NCBI GenBank assembly: GCA_947586825.1
Contig: CANPXU010000001.1
Span: 11,815-75,814 of the forward strand
Reading direction: 5' to 3'
Length of the DNA: 64,000 nucleotides
Origin: an uncultured Bacilli bacterium
Lineage (GTDB): Bacteria > Bacillota_I > Bacilli_A > RF39 > UBA660
The notes under the pieces were generated by a model. That model searched no databases. It saw only the letters and a program-made list of their open reading frames with translations, and was not told the origin of the DNA. A program made the position numbers and the translations under genes. Numbering within the stretch: position 1 is the first letter of the stretch; the number at the start of each line of letters is the position of its first letter. Below, piece by piece: positions 1 through 10,209 of the stretch.

Positions 1-1890
1 TAACGCTCCTGAAATTCCTTTCTTATATTTATTTTTTTGAACTTTAATCCTTGAATCTTTTTTAGCATATTTTTTCAATATATTATAAGTATCATCTGTT
101 GAACTATCATCAATACATATCAATTCAAAATTTCCGTAACTTTGAGATAAGACACTTTCAATAGTCTTAGAAACATAATCACTAGAATTATAGCAAGGCA
201 TTAATATACTTACTTTTGGTGGTTCAATATTTCTCAATTGCTCTATCTTATTGTTCAATAAAGTTAAAGTTTTATCAATTTTTTCTGGCAAAAATTGATT
301 ATATGCCTCATAATAAAAATCCAATAAATTAAAGCCTAATTTTTCTATTGTTTCAGGCTCTAAATTATTAAATACTTGGTACCATAAATCATCGTTTTCT
401 TGGTTATAAACTGGACTAACTCTTGTATCTTGTTTATCATGAATTCGATATTTAACAAGCTCATCTTCCATGAAATAACAAGGATATTTTGAAAAAAGTT
501 TAAACCACATTATATAATCATTTGATGTTTTCTTTTTTTCAGGAAATAAGCCTTCATTTAACAATAACTTTTTAGGTATTAGCATTGAACAGCCATTAAC
601 TGTCCCTTTCAGTACTGCAAATATACCATTTTCTAAATTTTTTTTCGTATATCTTTTTTGATAATTGGTATGAGCAAATATTTTAGAGTCAGAATCAAAA
701 AGGGCAAAATTGGAAAACAAAACTACATCTTTATTATCTATTTCATTTAATAAACGAACTTGCTTCTCAAGCTTATAGTCAAAGTATTCATCATCATGAC
801 TTAACCAAGATATATATTCACCTTTTGCTTTTTCTATTCCATAATTTAGAGCTGATGCAACTCCTCCATTACTCTTTTTGTAATACTTTATTTTTTCTCC
901 ATAATCACTAGCTATATTAGCTGTATCATCTGAACTTCCGTCATCTACAACAATTATTTCTATATTTTTATATGTTTGAGATAAAGCGCTTTCTATAGCT
1001 TGCGACAAATAATTTTCTCCATTATAGACTGGGATAATTATTGAAACTAAAGGCTTATATTTATTTAGATTATACTTTTTTTCTACAATATAAGATATCA
1101 TTTCATCATAAGGGGAATTTTTAAAAAATTTTAACATTTCGTCATAAAACAAATCTAAAGATCCATATATTTCTACAAGGCGCGATTCAGGAAAGGATTC
1201 TATAATCTTTTTCCATGTTTTAACTCCTTCTGGTAATACCTTATTAGAAATATTTGAAGTTTGTTCTGAATGAATACGAGTCTTTGTCAAATAATCACAA
1301 ATGTGATAAAAATTACATTTTTTTATTAATTCTAGCCATTTTGCATAATCTTGAGTACAAAATAAGGTTTCATCAAATTTACCATATTTTTTAAAGATAT
1401 TTTTATGAATTAGTAAAGTTATGCCATTAATGAATCCCTCTAAAAGCAATAATTCTGGATATTTTGTAACTTTGCTATGATTTATATCTTTATGAGCATA
1501 AACATTTCCATTTTCAGACATAAAATCATAATTAGAGCAGATTATTGTTTCCTTATCTTCTAAGAGCGCTAAAGTAGCAACTTCGCGCTCTATCTTATTG
1601 GGATAATATTCATCATCGTGACTAAGCCAAGAAAAATATTCTCCTGTCATTTTTTCTATTCCAAAGTTCAGCGCAGAAGAAACACCCCCATTTTCTTTAT
1701 GAAAATATTTTACTTTTTCTTTATATTCTTCTACAATTTTCCTGGTATTATCTGTACTACCATCGTCTACCACTACTATCTCTATATTTGTATACGATTG
1801 ATTTAAAGCACTTTCTATGGAATTTTTAATATACTTTTCCCCATTATATACAGGAATAATAATCGAAACTTTTGGAAAAAACTGATTCAT
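1..1890 (-). CDS. Multidomain family-2 glycosyltransferase with three tandem GT-A modules (partial; 3' end runs off the window)
   Basis: Absent from the ORF track because there is no in-window stop. Translating the minus strand from ATG 1890-1888 (GGAGG 8 nt upstream) gave 630 sense codons down to position 1. The GT2 signature occurs three times: VSIIIPVYNGEKYI..VVVDDGSTDNT (aa 8), VSIIIPVYNGENYL..VVDDGSSDDT (aa ~282) and VSILMPCYNSSDYV..CIDDSSTDDT (aa ~560). Modules 1 and 2 also share Y(F/I)SWLSHDDEY. Confidence 0.8.
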   Translation of the reverse strand, partial: MNQFFPKVSIIIPVYNGEKYIKNSIESALNQSYTNIEIVVVDDGSTDNTRKIVEEYKEKVKYFHKENGGVSSALNFGIEKMTGEYFSWLSHDDEYYPNKIEREVATLALLEDKETIICSNYDFMSENGNVYAHKDINHSKVTKYPELLLLEGFINGITLLIHKNIFKKYGKFDETLFCTQDYAKWLELIKKCNFYHICDYLTKTRIHSEQTSNISNKVLPEGVKTWKKIIESFPESRLVEIYGSLDLFYDEMLKFFKNSPYDEMISYIVEKKYNLNKYKPLVSIIIPVYNGENYLSQAIESALSQTYKNIEIIVVDDGSSDDTANIASDYGEKIKYYKKSNGGVASALNYGIEKAKGEYISWLSHDDEYFDYKLEKQVRLLNEIDNKDVVLFSNFALFDSDSKIFAHTNYQKRYTKKNLENGIFAVLKGTVNGCSMLIPKKLLLNEGLFPEKKKTSNDYIMWFKLFSKYPCYFMEDELVKYRIHDKQDTRVSPVYNQENDDLWYQVFNNLEPETIEKLGFNLLDFYYEAYNQFLPEKIDKTLTLLNNKIEQLRNIEPPKVSILMPCYNSSDYVSKTIESVLSQSYGNFELICIDDSSTDDTYNILKKYAKKDSRIKVQKNKYKKGISGAL

Positions 1891-1917
1891 AATCCATAAC
1901 CTCCATCATATAAAAAC

Positions 1918-3027
1918 TTAATATTTTCTCCATACTGTTCTATTGATATAGTCAGTATAGCTCATAATAATCCTTACAACTTTATAAGATAAATTATCAA
2001 CATCATAGTCACTAACAATATGCATTTTTTTATTTTGACTTGTAACTATTTTAATGGAATCTAGTATACTTTTAGACTCTACGCCACTCATTATCAAAGT
2101 TCCTTCATCCATTCCTTCTGGTCTTTCATGAGCTTGTCTTATTGTAATTGCAGGGAACCCCATTAAAGAGGACTCTTCAGTTATAGTGCCACTATCTGAA
2201 ATAACACAAAAAGCATTTTGTTGAAGTTTGTTATAATCATTAAAGCCAAGTGGTTTCATATAGTTAACATATTCATTAAATTTAAAATTCATTTCTTCTA
2301 TTTTTTTCCTTGTTCTAGGGTGAGCACTGAATATTATAGGCATTTTGTAAGTCTCACCAACATCGTTTATAGCATTAAGTAATGATAAAAAGTTTTTTGG
2401 ATTATCAACATTTTCTTCTCTATGAGCACTTAATACAAAGTAATTATTTCTTTCTAGATTCAACCTTTCAAGAATATCACTATTATCAATACTTTCTTTA
2501 TTACATTCAAAAACTTCTTTCATGCTTGAGCCCGTTTTAATAATAGTTTCTGGTTTTATCCCTTCAGCAATTAAATATCTTCTAGCATGCTCTGTAAGTG
2601 TCATGTTAATATCACTCAAATGATCAACTATTTTTCTATTAATTTCTTCTGGCACTCTTTCATCAAAACATCTATTGCCTGCTTCCATATGAAAAACAGG
2701 AATTTTATTTCTTTTTGCTGAAATTACTGACAAACAAGAATTAGTATCACCATATAGCAAAAGTGCATCAGGCTTATGCTTTTTAAATATTTCATCTGAT
2801 TTTTTTATAACATTTGCTATTGTCTCAGCAGCATTTTCTCCCGCAGCATTCATATAAATATCAGGTTCTCTTAAACCTAAATCTTTAAAGAAAACTTCAT
2901 TTAATTCGTAATCATAGTTTTGCCCAGTGTGAACCAGAATGTGATCTGTATATTTATCTAATTCTTTTATCACACAAGCTAGCTTGATAATTTCTGGCCT
3001 AGTGCCAACTATTGTCATTACTTTCAT
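1918..3027 (-). CDS. UDP-N-acetylglucosamine 2-epimerase family (non-hydrolysing; WecB/Cap5G/FnlC/WbvD-like)
   Basis: 369 aa. Motifs MTIVGTRPEIIKL, HTGQNYD and SDSGTITEES are typical of the epimerase_2 family. It is the last gene of a three-gene 6-deoxy-L-HexNAc module. Confidence 0.85.
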   Translation of the reverse strand: MKVMTIVGTRPEIIKLACVIKELDKYTDHILVHTGQNYDYELNEVFFKDLGLREPDIYMNAAGENAAETIANVIKKSDEIFKKHKPDALLLYGDTNSCLSVISAKRNKIPVFHMEAGNRCFDERVPEEINRKIVDHLSDINMTLTEHARRYLIAEGIKPETIIKTGSSMKEVFECNKESIDNSDILERLNLERNNYFVLSAHREENVDNPKNFLSLLNAINDVGETYKMPIIFSAHPRTRKKIEEMNFKFNEYVNYMKPLGFNDYNKLQQNAFCVISDSGTITEESSLMGFPAITIRQAHERPEGMDEGTLIMSGVESKSILDSIKIVTSQNKKMHIVSDYDVDNLSYKVVRIIMSYTDYINRTVWRKY

Positions 3028-3041
3028 ATTAACATCTCCTA

Positions 3042-3875
3042 CTATAAGTTAGGATATAAATCCTTATGTGAATCAACCCATTCTTTCATTTCCTTAATCA
3101 TCTCTTCATATGAAGGTATGTTATAATCAAATGATTTTTCAGTTCTAATAAGAGTTTTTTCACTTTTCAACTCATCGTTTATCTCTATATCAACTTTTTT
3201 ATTAAAGACATTTTTAAATAATTTTAGCAATTCATATTTTGGTATTGTACTATTATTTACAACATGTTGTAAGCCAGTGATATTATTTTTTATTGTAGAT
3301 TCTATTGCTTTAGCTAATTCAATAGTTGTAACACCCGTCCAAATAACCTTTGAATATCCATAAACTTTATCATTTTGACTCATAAACCATTGAAATAAAC
3401 CTATTCCTTTTGGGTTAGAATCAGGCCCAACAATAGAAGTCCTTAAAGTTACATTTCTTTCATTGTTAATTTCGCCTAAAGCTTTGCTTCTCCCATAAAA
3501 GCTAGTTGCATCAGGTAAACTATCTTCTGTATAATTTCCATCTAAACCACTAAATACACAATCCGTACTTATATGGATTAATTTAAAACCATACTTTTCA
3601 GATATGCTATCCAAATAGTGCGGTAGTAAACTATTCAATTTAACAGCCATGAATTTGTTATCCTCAGCAGCCTTATTTAATATACCAATACAATTAATTA
3701 CAACATTTGGCTTTATATCTTTAATTATTGACTCAATTGCTTCCATATCGCCAAAAGCATCATACTTTATATCTTCTTTTGTGGAAGTGCCATAAACCTC
3801 ATAATCTCGTTCTTTAAAATAATTAAATACAACATGGCCTAACATCCCTGTTTTTCCAAGTACAAGGATTCTCAT
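3042..3875 (-). CDS. RmlD-like NAD(P)-dependent sugar reductase (C4-reductase step; FnlB/Cap5F- or WbvR/QnlA-type)
   Basis: 277 aa. N-terminal Rossmann motif MRILVLGKTGMLG and the dTDP-4-dehydrorhamnose-reductase-like length and layout. Overlaps the upstream dehydratase gene by 4 nt. Confidence 0.7.
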   Translation of the reverse strand: MRILVLGKTGMLGHVVFNYFKERDYEVYGTSTKEDIKYDAFGDMEAIESIIKDIKPNVVINCIGILNKAAEDNKFMAVKLNSLLPHYLDSISEKYGFKLIHISTDCVFSGLDGNYTEDSLPDATSFYGRSKALGEINNERNVTLRTSIVGPDSNPKGIGLFQWFMSQNDKVYGYSKVIWTGVTTIELAKAIESTIKNNITGLQHVVNNSTIPKYELLKLFKNVFNKKVDIEINDELKSEKTLIRTEKSFDYNIPSYEEMIKEMKEWVDSHKDLYPNL

Positions 3876-4885
3876 TCAACATCTCCCATTTTTTTCAATA
3901 ACTCTATCATACCATTAATATCCAATCTTTCAGTATTATTGGAAGTATAAGACTCTACTTTTCTTACTTTGCCATCACCTTCTGGATAAAATTTGTCATA
4001 ATTCAAATCTCTATTATCCATTGGAATTTTAAAATAATCCCCCATGTCAATTGCTTTTGTCATTTCTTCTCTTGTTACAAGAACTTCATGATCCTTCTCA
4101 CCATGTCTTGTGCCAATAATTTTTATCTCTGCATCACTATTTTTAAATTTTTTTACTGCTTCCGCAAGAGTTTGGATTGTTGCTCCTGGAGCTTTTTGTA
4201 CAAATAAATCACCTTGATTACCATTCTTAAAAGCAAATAATACTAATTTAACTGCATCTTCCAATGTCATCATATAGCGTGTCATTTCTGGATCTGTAAC
4301 AGTTAAAGGTTTGCCTTCTTTTATTAATTTATAAAACAAAGGTATAACGCTTCCTCTAGAACCCATTACATTTCCATAGCGAGTTAAACAAATGGTAGTT
4401 TTAGCATCATCGCCTAACATTCTTGCTTTTGCAATTATAGTTTTTTCCATTAAAGCCTTACTCATTCCCATCGCATTAATCGGATAAGCAGCTTTATCAG
4501 TACTTAGACAGACAATCTTTTTTACTCCATGCTTTACTGCGCTTTCTAAAACATTATAAGAGCCAAAAACATTGGTTTTCGCAGCTTCAATTGGAAAGAA
4601 CTCACATGAAGGAACTTGCTTTAGTGCTGCAGCATGAAATACATAATCAACGCCTTCCATGGCAACATCAATAGTATTTATATCTCTTACATCACCAATA
4701 AAAAATTTTAATTTATGGTTATTATATTTTTTCCGCATATCATCTTGTTTTTTTTCATCTCTAGAGAAAATTCTTATCTCCTTCAATTCAGTATTATTTA
4801 AAAACATCTCTAATACCTTATTTCCAAAAGATCCGGTACCTCCAGTTATTAATAAAACTTTATCTTTAAAAATATCTTCTTTCAT
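3872..4885 (-). CDS. UDP-GlcNAc 4,6-dehydratase/5(3)-epimerase, CapE/FnlA/WbvB family
   Basis: 337 aa. Colinear with S. aureus CapE as I recall it: LLITGGTGSFGN, IRIFSRDEKKQDDMRKKYNN.KLKF.IGDVRD, HAAALKQVPSCEFFP, STDKAAYPINAMGMSKA. Confidence 0.85.
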   Translation of the reverse strand: MKEDIFKDKVLLITGGTGSFGNKVLEMFLNNTELKEIRIFSRDEKKQDDMRKKYNNHKLKFFIGDVRDINTIDVAMEGVDYVFHAAALKQVPSCEFFPIEAAKTNVFGSYNVLESAVKHGVKKIVCLSTDKAAYPINAMGMSKALMEKTIIAKARMLGDDAKTTICLTRYGNVMGSRGSVIPLFYKLIKEGKPLTVTDPEMTRYMMTLEDAVKLVLFAFKNGNQGDLFVQKAPGATIQTLAEAVKKFKNSDAEIKIIGTRHGEKDHEVLVTREEMTKAIDMGDYFKIPMDNRDLNYDKFYPEGDGKVRKVESYTSNNTERLDINGMIELLKKMGDVE

Positions 4886-4891
4886 TTTTAC

Positions 4892-5812
4892 CTACTTTCT
4901 ATATTTTAACAATGAAGGATTAATATTCTTCCATTTATTAACAAAATATTTTCCTTTTTCTTGTATTAATTTTTCATGTTTATCGCTACCACTTTTTGTT
5001 GTTTGATGAGCATCGTGCTCTATATTCAAAAACGGGCAATAATATAATTCTTTACCTACATTTCTTATTTTTAATGAAATGTCAGTATCTTCATAACAAG
5101 TTGGATCATAGTTAACATCAAAGCCGCCAATTTTATTAAAAATGCTTCTTTTCATAAACATACCGCCACTCCCAAGATAACCAATATCCTTTCTTGCCAT
5201 TCCTCCGGGAGGCATATACCTAAATTCAAAATTATCAACGGTATGGAAAGCATATCCTTTTTTATTAAACCAACCACCCGTCCATCCGATAGCGCCTATA
5301 TTTTGGTCAATATTAAATAATGTTAAATAATTATCTATCCAATCATTACCTTTTATAAATTGATCGCTATCCAAAAACATAATATACTCTTTTGAGCTTT
5401 TTTTTACACCAAGATTTCTTCCAGATGCACACCCATTTTTAGTGTTTCTATATATTTTTATATTATTATACTTTTTGGTAAGCATCTCATAAGAACCATC
5501 ACTGCTTAAATTATCAACCACAATAATTTCATACTTATATTTTCCCTTATACTTTATTAATGAGTCCAGGCACTTATCAATAATTCCTTTATTATTATAA
5601 TTTAAAATAATTATAGAAATATTATCATAATACTTTTTAAATTCAGTTTTGGCATTTTTAGGTTTCATTATAATATTTCTCTTTTCAAGTTTGCTAAAAA
5701 TATAAGACCCATCTTTACGAGTTTTTATCTTTATATTAGTATATCTAAATATTTTTTTGATTGTTTCTTTTAAACCAAAAACTTTATAATAATTAATAAT
5801 TTTTTCTTTCAT
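4892..5812 (-). CDS. Family-2 glycosyltransferase
   Basis: 306 aa. ISIIILNYNN, IIVVDNLSSDGS and FLDSDQ (DXD) motifs. The N-terminal ~45 aa may be an over-extension of the ORF. Confidence 0.75.
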   Translation of the reverse strand: MKEKIINYYKVFGLKETIKKIFRYTNIKIKTRKDGSYIFSKLEKRNIIMKPKNAKTEFKKYYDNISIIILNYNNKGIIDKCLDSLIKYKGKYKYEIIVVDNLSSDGSYEMLTKKYNNIKIYRNTKNGCASGRNLGVKKSSKEYIMFLDSDQFIKGNDWIDNYLTLFNIDQNIGAIGWTGGWFNKKGYAFHTVDNFEFRYMPPGGMARKDIGYLGSGGMFMKRSIFNKIGGFDVNYDPTCYEDTDISLKIRNVGKELYYCPFLNIEHDAHQTTKSGSDKHEKLIQEKGKYFVNKWKNINPSLLKYRK

Positions 5813-5824
5813 AATAACCCAAAA

Positions 5825-6598
5825 TCATTTATTTTCTATATATTTTAAGTAATCATCGCATACTTCTTTTCCCCCTACCTTTTGAACGATACCATGTTCA
5901 ATCCATATAACTTTATCACATATTTTCTTTACTTGAGTTAGTGAATGCGAGACATATAATACAGTTGTTCCTCCATTTATCATACTCATCATTTTAGCTT
6001 CACTTTTTGCTTGAAAAGCTATATCTCCAACCGCTAATATTTCATCCACGATTAAGATTTCTGGCTCGACTATAGTAGCAATGCTAAAAGCAAGTCTAGC
6101 AACCATGCCTGAGGAAAAGTTTTGAACTGGAACATCTAGAAATTCTCTTAACTCTGAAAACTCTACTATTTCATCAAATTTAGAATCAATTAGTTCTTTT
6201 GGATATCCCATAACGGCACCATTAAGATATATGTTTTCTCGGGCAGTTAGCTGAGGATCAAAACCGGCTCCAAGTTCAATCATTGGGCATATATTACCAT
6301 AGCAATCAACGTGACCTTTGGTAGGTTTCATTACTCCAGCTATCACTTTTAACAGGGTGGATTTGCCAGCTCCATTTGATCCAATAAAACCTATAACTTC
6401 TCCTCTTTTAACTTTGAAGCTTACATCTTTAAGAGCCCAAAATTCATTTTTCTTTTTATTCTTTTTTTTCTCTTTTCTCTTTTTAGGATCAAATAAATTA
6501 ATAAAGCCCTGTTTTAAAGAAAAGCCTTTTTCGATTCCGAGGTTAAATCTCATAGAAACGTTATCAACATCAATCATAATGTCATTATTTTTTTCCAT
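5825..6598 (-). CDS. Polysaccharide/teichoic-acid ABC exporter ATP-binding protein (TagH/Wzt type)
   Basis: Walker A GSNGAGKST, signature FSSGM, Walker B ILIVDE. The ORF-track start (6664) overlaps the permease gene. ATG 6598 preceded by GGAGG is the more likely start. Confidence 0.85.
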   Translation of the reverse strand: MEKNNDIMIDVDNVSMRFNLGIEKGFSLKQGFINLFDPKKRKEKKKNKKKNEFWALKDVSFKVKRGEVIGFIGSNGAGKSTLLKVIAGVMKPTKGHVDCYGNICPMIELGAGFDPQLTARENIYLNGAVMGYPKELIDSKFDEIVEFSELREFLDVPVQNFSSGMVARLAFSIATIVEPEILIVDEILAVGDIAFQAKSEAKMMSMINGGTTVLYVSHSLTQVKKICDKVIWIEHGIVQKVGGKEVCDDYLKYIENK

Positions 6599-6608
6599 AT
6601 TAACCTCC

Positions 6609-7394
6609 CTATACATAATAAATAAATTTGTCTTGCGTTTTCTTAAATATAACCATACCAACAATTAAGAAAACTAAGCCACAAATTCCACAATAAATCC
6701 ACACATTTGGTGTCGGAACAGCATGATATATAACTACATCTCTTACAAATTTTACAATCCAATATAATGGATTACATTTAAATATAAACAAAAACTTCTC
6801 TGGTATAATGGCTACATCATACATGATTGGTGTCATATATGTCCATAAAGTTATTACAACGCCATATATATAAAACATATCTCTTAAAAATACAGATACT
6901 GCAGATAATATAAACCCAATTCCTAAAGTAAACATTAGTAAGCATATAAATGCATAAGGAAGTAAAAGATGGTGCCAAGTTATGCCAGTTCCCGTTAAAA
7001 AGATGATTGCATATAGTGGAATAAGTGTTAATAGGAAATTGATACCCACAAACAAGCACTTAGAAATTGGGAATATATACTTAGGCATATAAACTTTATT
7101 TATTAAGCTAAAATTTCCTACTACACTGCTCATAGCCAAATTACTTGCTTCAGAAAAATAGTTAAATATTACTAATCCAGACATAAGATATACCAAATAA
7201 TTAACATTAGGCATACTCATCTTAAACATATTAGAAAAAACCAAAGCCATAACAGACATAGTTAAAACAGGATACAAAAGGCTCCATAAAACTCCCAAGA
7301 CACTTCTTTTATATTTTACTTTAAAATCTCTTGTGACAAGTTGTTGTAGTAAAAAAGAATATTTTTTAATTGCATAACTTATTTTTGATATCAT
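6609..7394 (-). CDS. ABC-2 type exporter permease (TagG/Wzm type)
   Basis: 261 aa and about six hydrophobic segments. Lies immediately upstream of the ATPase gene. Confidence 0.8.
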   Translation of the reverse strand: MISKISYAIKKYSFLLQQLVTRDFKVKYKRSVLGVLWSLLYPVLTMSVMALVFSNMFKMSMPNVNYLVYLMSGLVIFNYFSEASNLAMSSVVGNFSLINKVYMPKYIFPISKCLFVGINFLLTLIPLYAIIFLTGTGITWHHLLLPYAFICLLMFTLGIGFILSAVSVFLRDMFYIYGVVITLWTYMTPIMYDVAIIPEKFLFIFKCNPLYWIVKFVRDVVIYHAVPTPNVWIYCGICGLVFLIVGMVIFKKTQDKFIYYV

Positions 7395-7505
7395 TTACTA
7401 ACCTCTCTTTTCATTATACCAACTATTTATAAATATTACTAGAAAAACAATAATTATACGCCTAAATAAAGGCCTAAAAATAGCTAGAGATATTATCTCT
7501 AGCTA

Positions 7506-9650
7506 TCATTTATTTCTAAATATTACTAAGAACATAAATTTAAGTAAATTTAAATTGCTCTTCATTCTCTTTGGTTCTTTTATCATGCGATAAAGCCACT
7601 CTAATCTTAATTTTTGCCATACTTTCGGAGCTCTTTTAGTGTAACCGCTTATAACATCAAAAGATCCTCCTACTGGCATAATGAGTTTAACATTTTTAAG
7701 TTTATCTTCATTATTTATAATAAACTCTTCTTGCTTTGGACTTCCTGTAGCTACAAAAAGCATATCAGGTTTAGCTTTTTTAATATTAGCTAAAGCTTTA
7801 TCTTCACTTTCATAACCACTGGTGATTCCTACAATATTGATGTTTTTATAGTGCTTTTCAATGTTCTCTTTAGCTTTGGCTACAACTTCTTTTTTAGCTC
7901 CATATAAATATACTTTATATTTATCTTTGACAGCAATATCTAAAAGATCTTCAAATAGTTCTACTCCTGCAATTCTGGATGGCACACTTATATCTTTCAT
8001 TTTCAAAGCCATAACTGTTCCTATACCATCAGGAATGTTATATTTTTGTTTATTAAACTTATCTTTTAGTTCTTCATTCTTATAAAAGTTCATAACTATC
8101 AAAGGATTAATATTATAAATAATATTTCTCTTATTATTCTTTAAATCATTTTTAATATTTGTTAATAATTTGTTATATTCTTCTGTACAAACATTAAAGC
8201 CTAATACTTTAGCGTCTTTTTCTTTTTTACTTCTTACTTCATTTAGGCTAATGCCAATAATAGTTCCTAAAGGAATTATTATTGAAATACTATTAAGAAG
8301 GTTACCACTATAGTAAGAGGTTGTGAGTACAACGCCAATTCCTAATAAAAGCATTATATTTTTAAATACTAATTTATCTTCCATATTAATAAATATCTTA
8401 ATAAGCATATATAAATATAATAATATATAAACACCTAGAACTAGTATAGTTCCTATAATACCTATCGAATAATAATGCATAACAAAGTCTTGTTCTATAT
8501 TTTGCATGTCAATTATTCTTTTGTAACCTATTCCTAGTAAGTTATCTAATAAAGGTTTATTATTAAGTTCTTTAACTCTTTTAATAACGCTATTTTCAAT
8601 AAATCTTGTATCAGATAAAATATTGTCATCGTATTTCATTAAACCTTGCCAAAATTCAGGATCATTTTTATATGGATATATCTCATTTGGAAAAGACATA
8701 TTAATTACTCTATCTTTAAAGATATCTATTTCCTCATTATCTTCTTCCTCTTGGTCCTCATTAGAATTTTTATCATTTTCTTCTCCTGTATTTTTTTTAT
8801 CCGTAGTATTTAATAATGAATCATAAAAATCATATCTAGCCATTAAAGGAGAGCTAAATAAAATCGCACTATAGCCCATGATTAATAGTACCATTAAACC
8901 CATAAAGCTTGGTTTAAACGTCTCTTTTTTTATAATAAGTAAAAAATCGTATACCATCAAAGAAATAACAATAATCATAAGAGGCACTATAGTAGCTATT
9001 CTGGTTCCTAGCATTAGTAATGATAATAATAAAATAATTATAGTAATAACATCAAATACTTTTATTTTATTTTTAAGTTTGTTGATAAGAAGTGGTAAAT
9101 ATAAAAGGATTATGGCAGATGTTTGATTACCAAATTGAAAAAAGCCATTTGATGATATTTCGGCAAAATAATATTCTTTACCATTAAACCATTCAAATAT
9201 ATTATGTTTAATAGGAAAAAAGCCATAAGAAGAATACCCTATTTTAAAGATATTACATATTACTATTTGACCACTTATAAGTAAAATACAGATATTTAAT
9301 ATCTTATAAAAGGTATCTAATTTAATATCTAATTTACTAATAATATAGATAATTAAGAGGTTCATACTTATTTTATAGAAATATAATATCTCACTTGCTA
9401 TAGTGCTGTTTGGAATGTTGAATAAATGGGCAATTATATAAATTAAAAATAAGAAAAAATAAATATAAAGATATTTTCGATCTTGTTTTTTACCATACTT
9501 AAAAAAGACTATCATAAATAATATACTTATAAAGATAGCCCTAATAAGCGTACTAAAAGAATTATAAAAAATATGTAAATCTAAAAAAATAGATAATACA
9601 AAGAAAGTAAGAAAGATATTGATTAAAATATTTTTAGTTTTACTTTTCAT
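7506..9650 (-). CDS. Fusion protein: polytopic O-antigen ligase/polymerase-like membrane domain + C-terminal WecG/TagA/CpsF (GT26) glycosyltransferase domain
   Basis: The N-terminal ~480 aa have many TM segments with a Wzy_C-like stretch (LLMLGTRIATIVPL). An acidic linker follows (EENDKNSNEDQEEEDNEE). The C-terminal ~230 aa carry GT26 motifs (IPDGIGTVMALK, YLYGAKKEV, ATGSPKQEEFI, LRLEWLYR). The ORF-track start 9689 is a TTG inside the tagO remnant; ATG 9650 after GGGAGAA is preferred. Confidence 0.7.
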   Translation of the reverse strand: MKSKTKNILINIFLTFFVLSIFLDLHIFYNSFSTLIRAIFISILFMIVFFKYGKKQDRKYLYIYFFLFLIYIIAHLFNIPNSTIASEILYFYKISMNLLIIYIISKLDIKLDTFYKILNICILLISGQIVICNIFKIGYSSYGFFPIKHNIFEWFNGKEYYFAEISSNGFFQFGNQTSAIILLYLPLLINKLKNKIKVFDVITIIILLLSLLMLGTRIATIVPLMIIVISLMVYDFLLIIKKETFKPSFMGLMVLLIMGYSAILFSSPLMARYDFYDSLLNTTDKKNTGEENDKNSNEDQEEEDNEEIDIFKDRVINMSFPNEIYPYKNDPEFWQGLMKYDDNILSDTRFIENSVIKRVKELNNKPLLDNLLGIGYKRIIDMQNIEQDFVMHYYSIGIIGTILVLGVYILLYLYMLIKIFINMEDKLVFKNIMLLLGIGVVLTTSYYSGNLLNSISIIIPLGTIIGISLNEVRSKKEKDAKVLGFNVCTEEYNKLLTNIKNDLKNNKRNIIYNINPLIVMNFYKNEELKDKFNKQKYNIPDGIGTVMALKMKDISVPSRIAGVELFEDLLDIAVKDKYKVYLYGAKKEVVAKAKENIEKHYKNINIVGITSGYESEDKALANIKKAKPDMLFVATGSPKQEEFIINNEDKLKNVKLIMPVGGSFDVISGYTKRAPKVWQKLRLEWLYRMIKEPKRMKSNLNLLKFMFLVIFRNK

Positions 9651-9670
9651 ATATTCTCCCGTTTTATTTT

Positions 9671-10100
9671 TTCTTTTTCTTATGTTCAAGTCTTAGCTAC
9701 GATAATGATTAAGATAAACATTAATACAATATAGATAGCTATAGCTAGTTTACTATTATTACCTAAAGCATAGAATATGGATACTAAAGAGAAAAGAACA
9801 CTTATAAAATAGATTATAAATAAACTTTTTCTTGGTGAAAATTTCATTCTAAGAAGTTGATGATGGAGTAGCAAAATAAACACTACTTAGCCCAGCACAA
9901 AGTCCATCTAACCCACCAATTAAATTAATAGTATTTATAGCCGAAACAATAAATAAAACTGATATTATTTGTCCTAATAAATTAATGTTTTGAAAGAATG
10001 ATTGGCCATAAAAAACAACAATCAAAGCAACAACGAGATCAACTAAGAATTTATATTTAACTATATTATAATAAATGTTTTTGAAAAAATTCATTTGCAT
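9671..10100 (-). pseudogene. Decayed, internally deleted partial copy of the tagO/wecA-like gene at 11712-12767
   Basis: ORF fragments 9686-9883 and 9849-10100 align to the intact protein. HHQLLRMKFSP(R/K)KSLFIIYFIS..IIIVAKT is near-identical, and KFLV.L.VA.IVVFYG..GQIIS(V/I)LFIVSAIN.INLI.GLDGLCAG.SS.YFAT is more diverged. About 315 bp (intact 11928-12242) and the first ~95 codons are missing. Confidence 0.85.
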
Positions 10101-10209
10101 CTTCCTCTATTATATTTTTCTTATACAATCACAATATAAATATACCATATAATTAATATTTTAGAAATAATTTTAAATTATAACGACCAAAACATTAGCT
10201 TTAATGCTA

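Noticed and set aside
9651-9689. The ORF-track N-terminal extension (MNIRKRKNKTGEY) of the ligase::TagA fusion gene.
   Set aside because: It starts at a TTG and is simply the relic of the tagO C-terminal coding sequence (..NILFEHKKKNKK in the intact copy). The ATG at 9650 has a proper GGGAGAA RBS.
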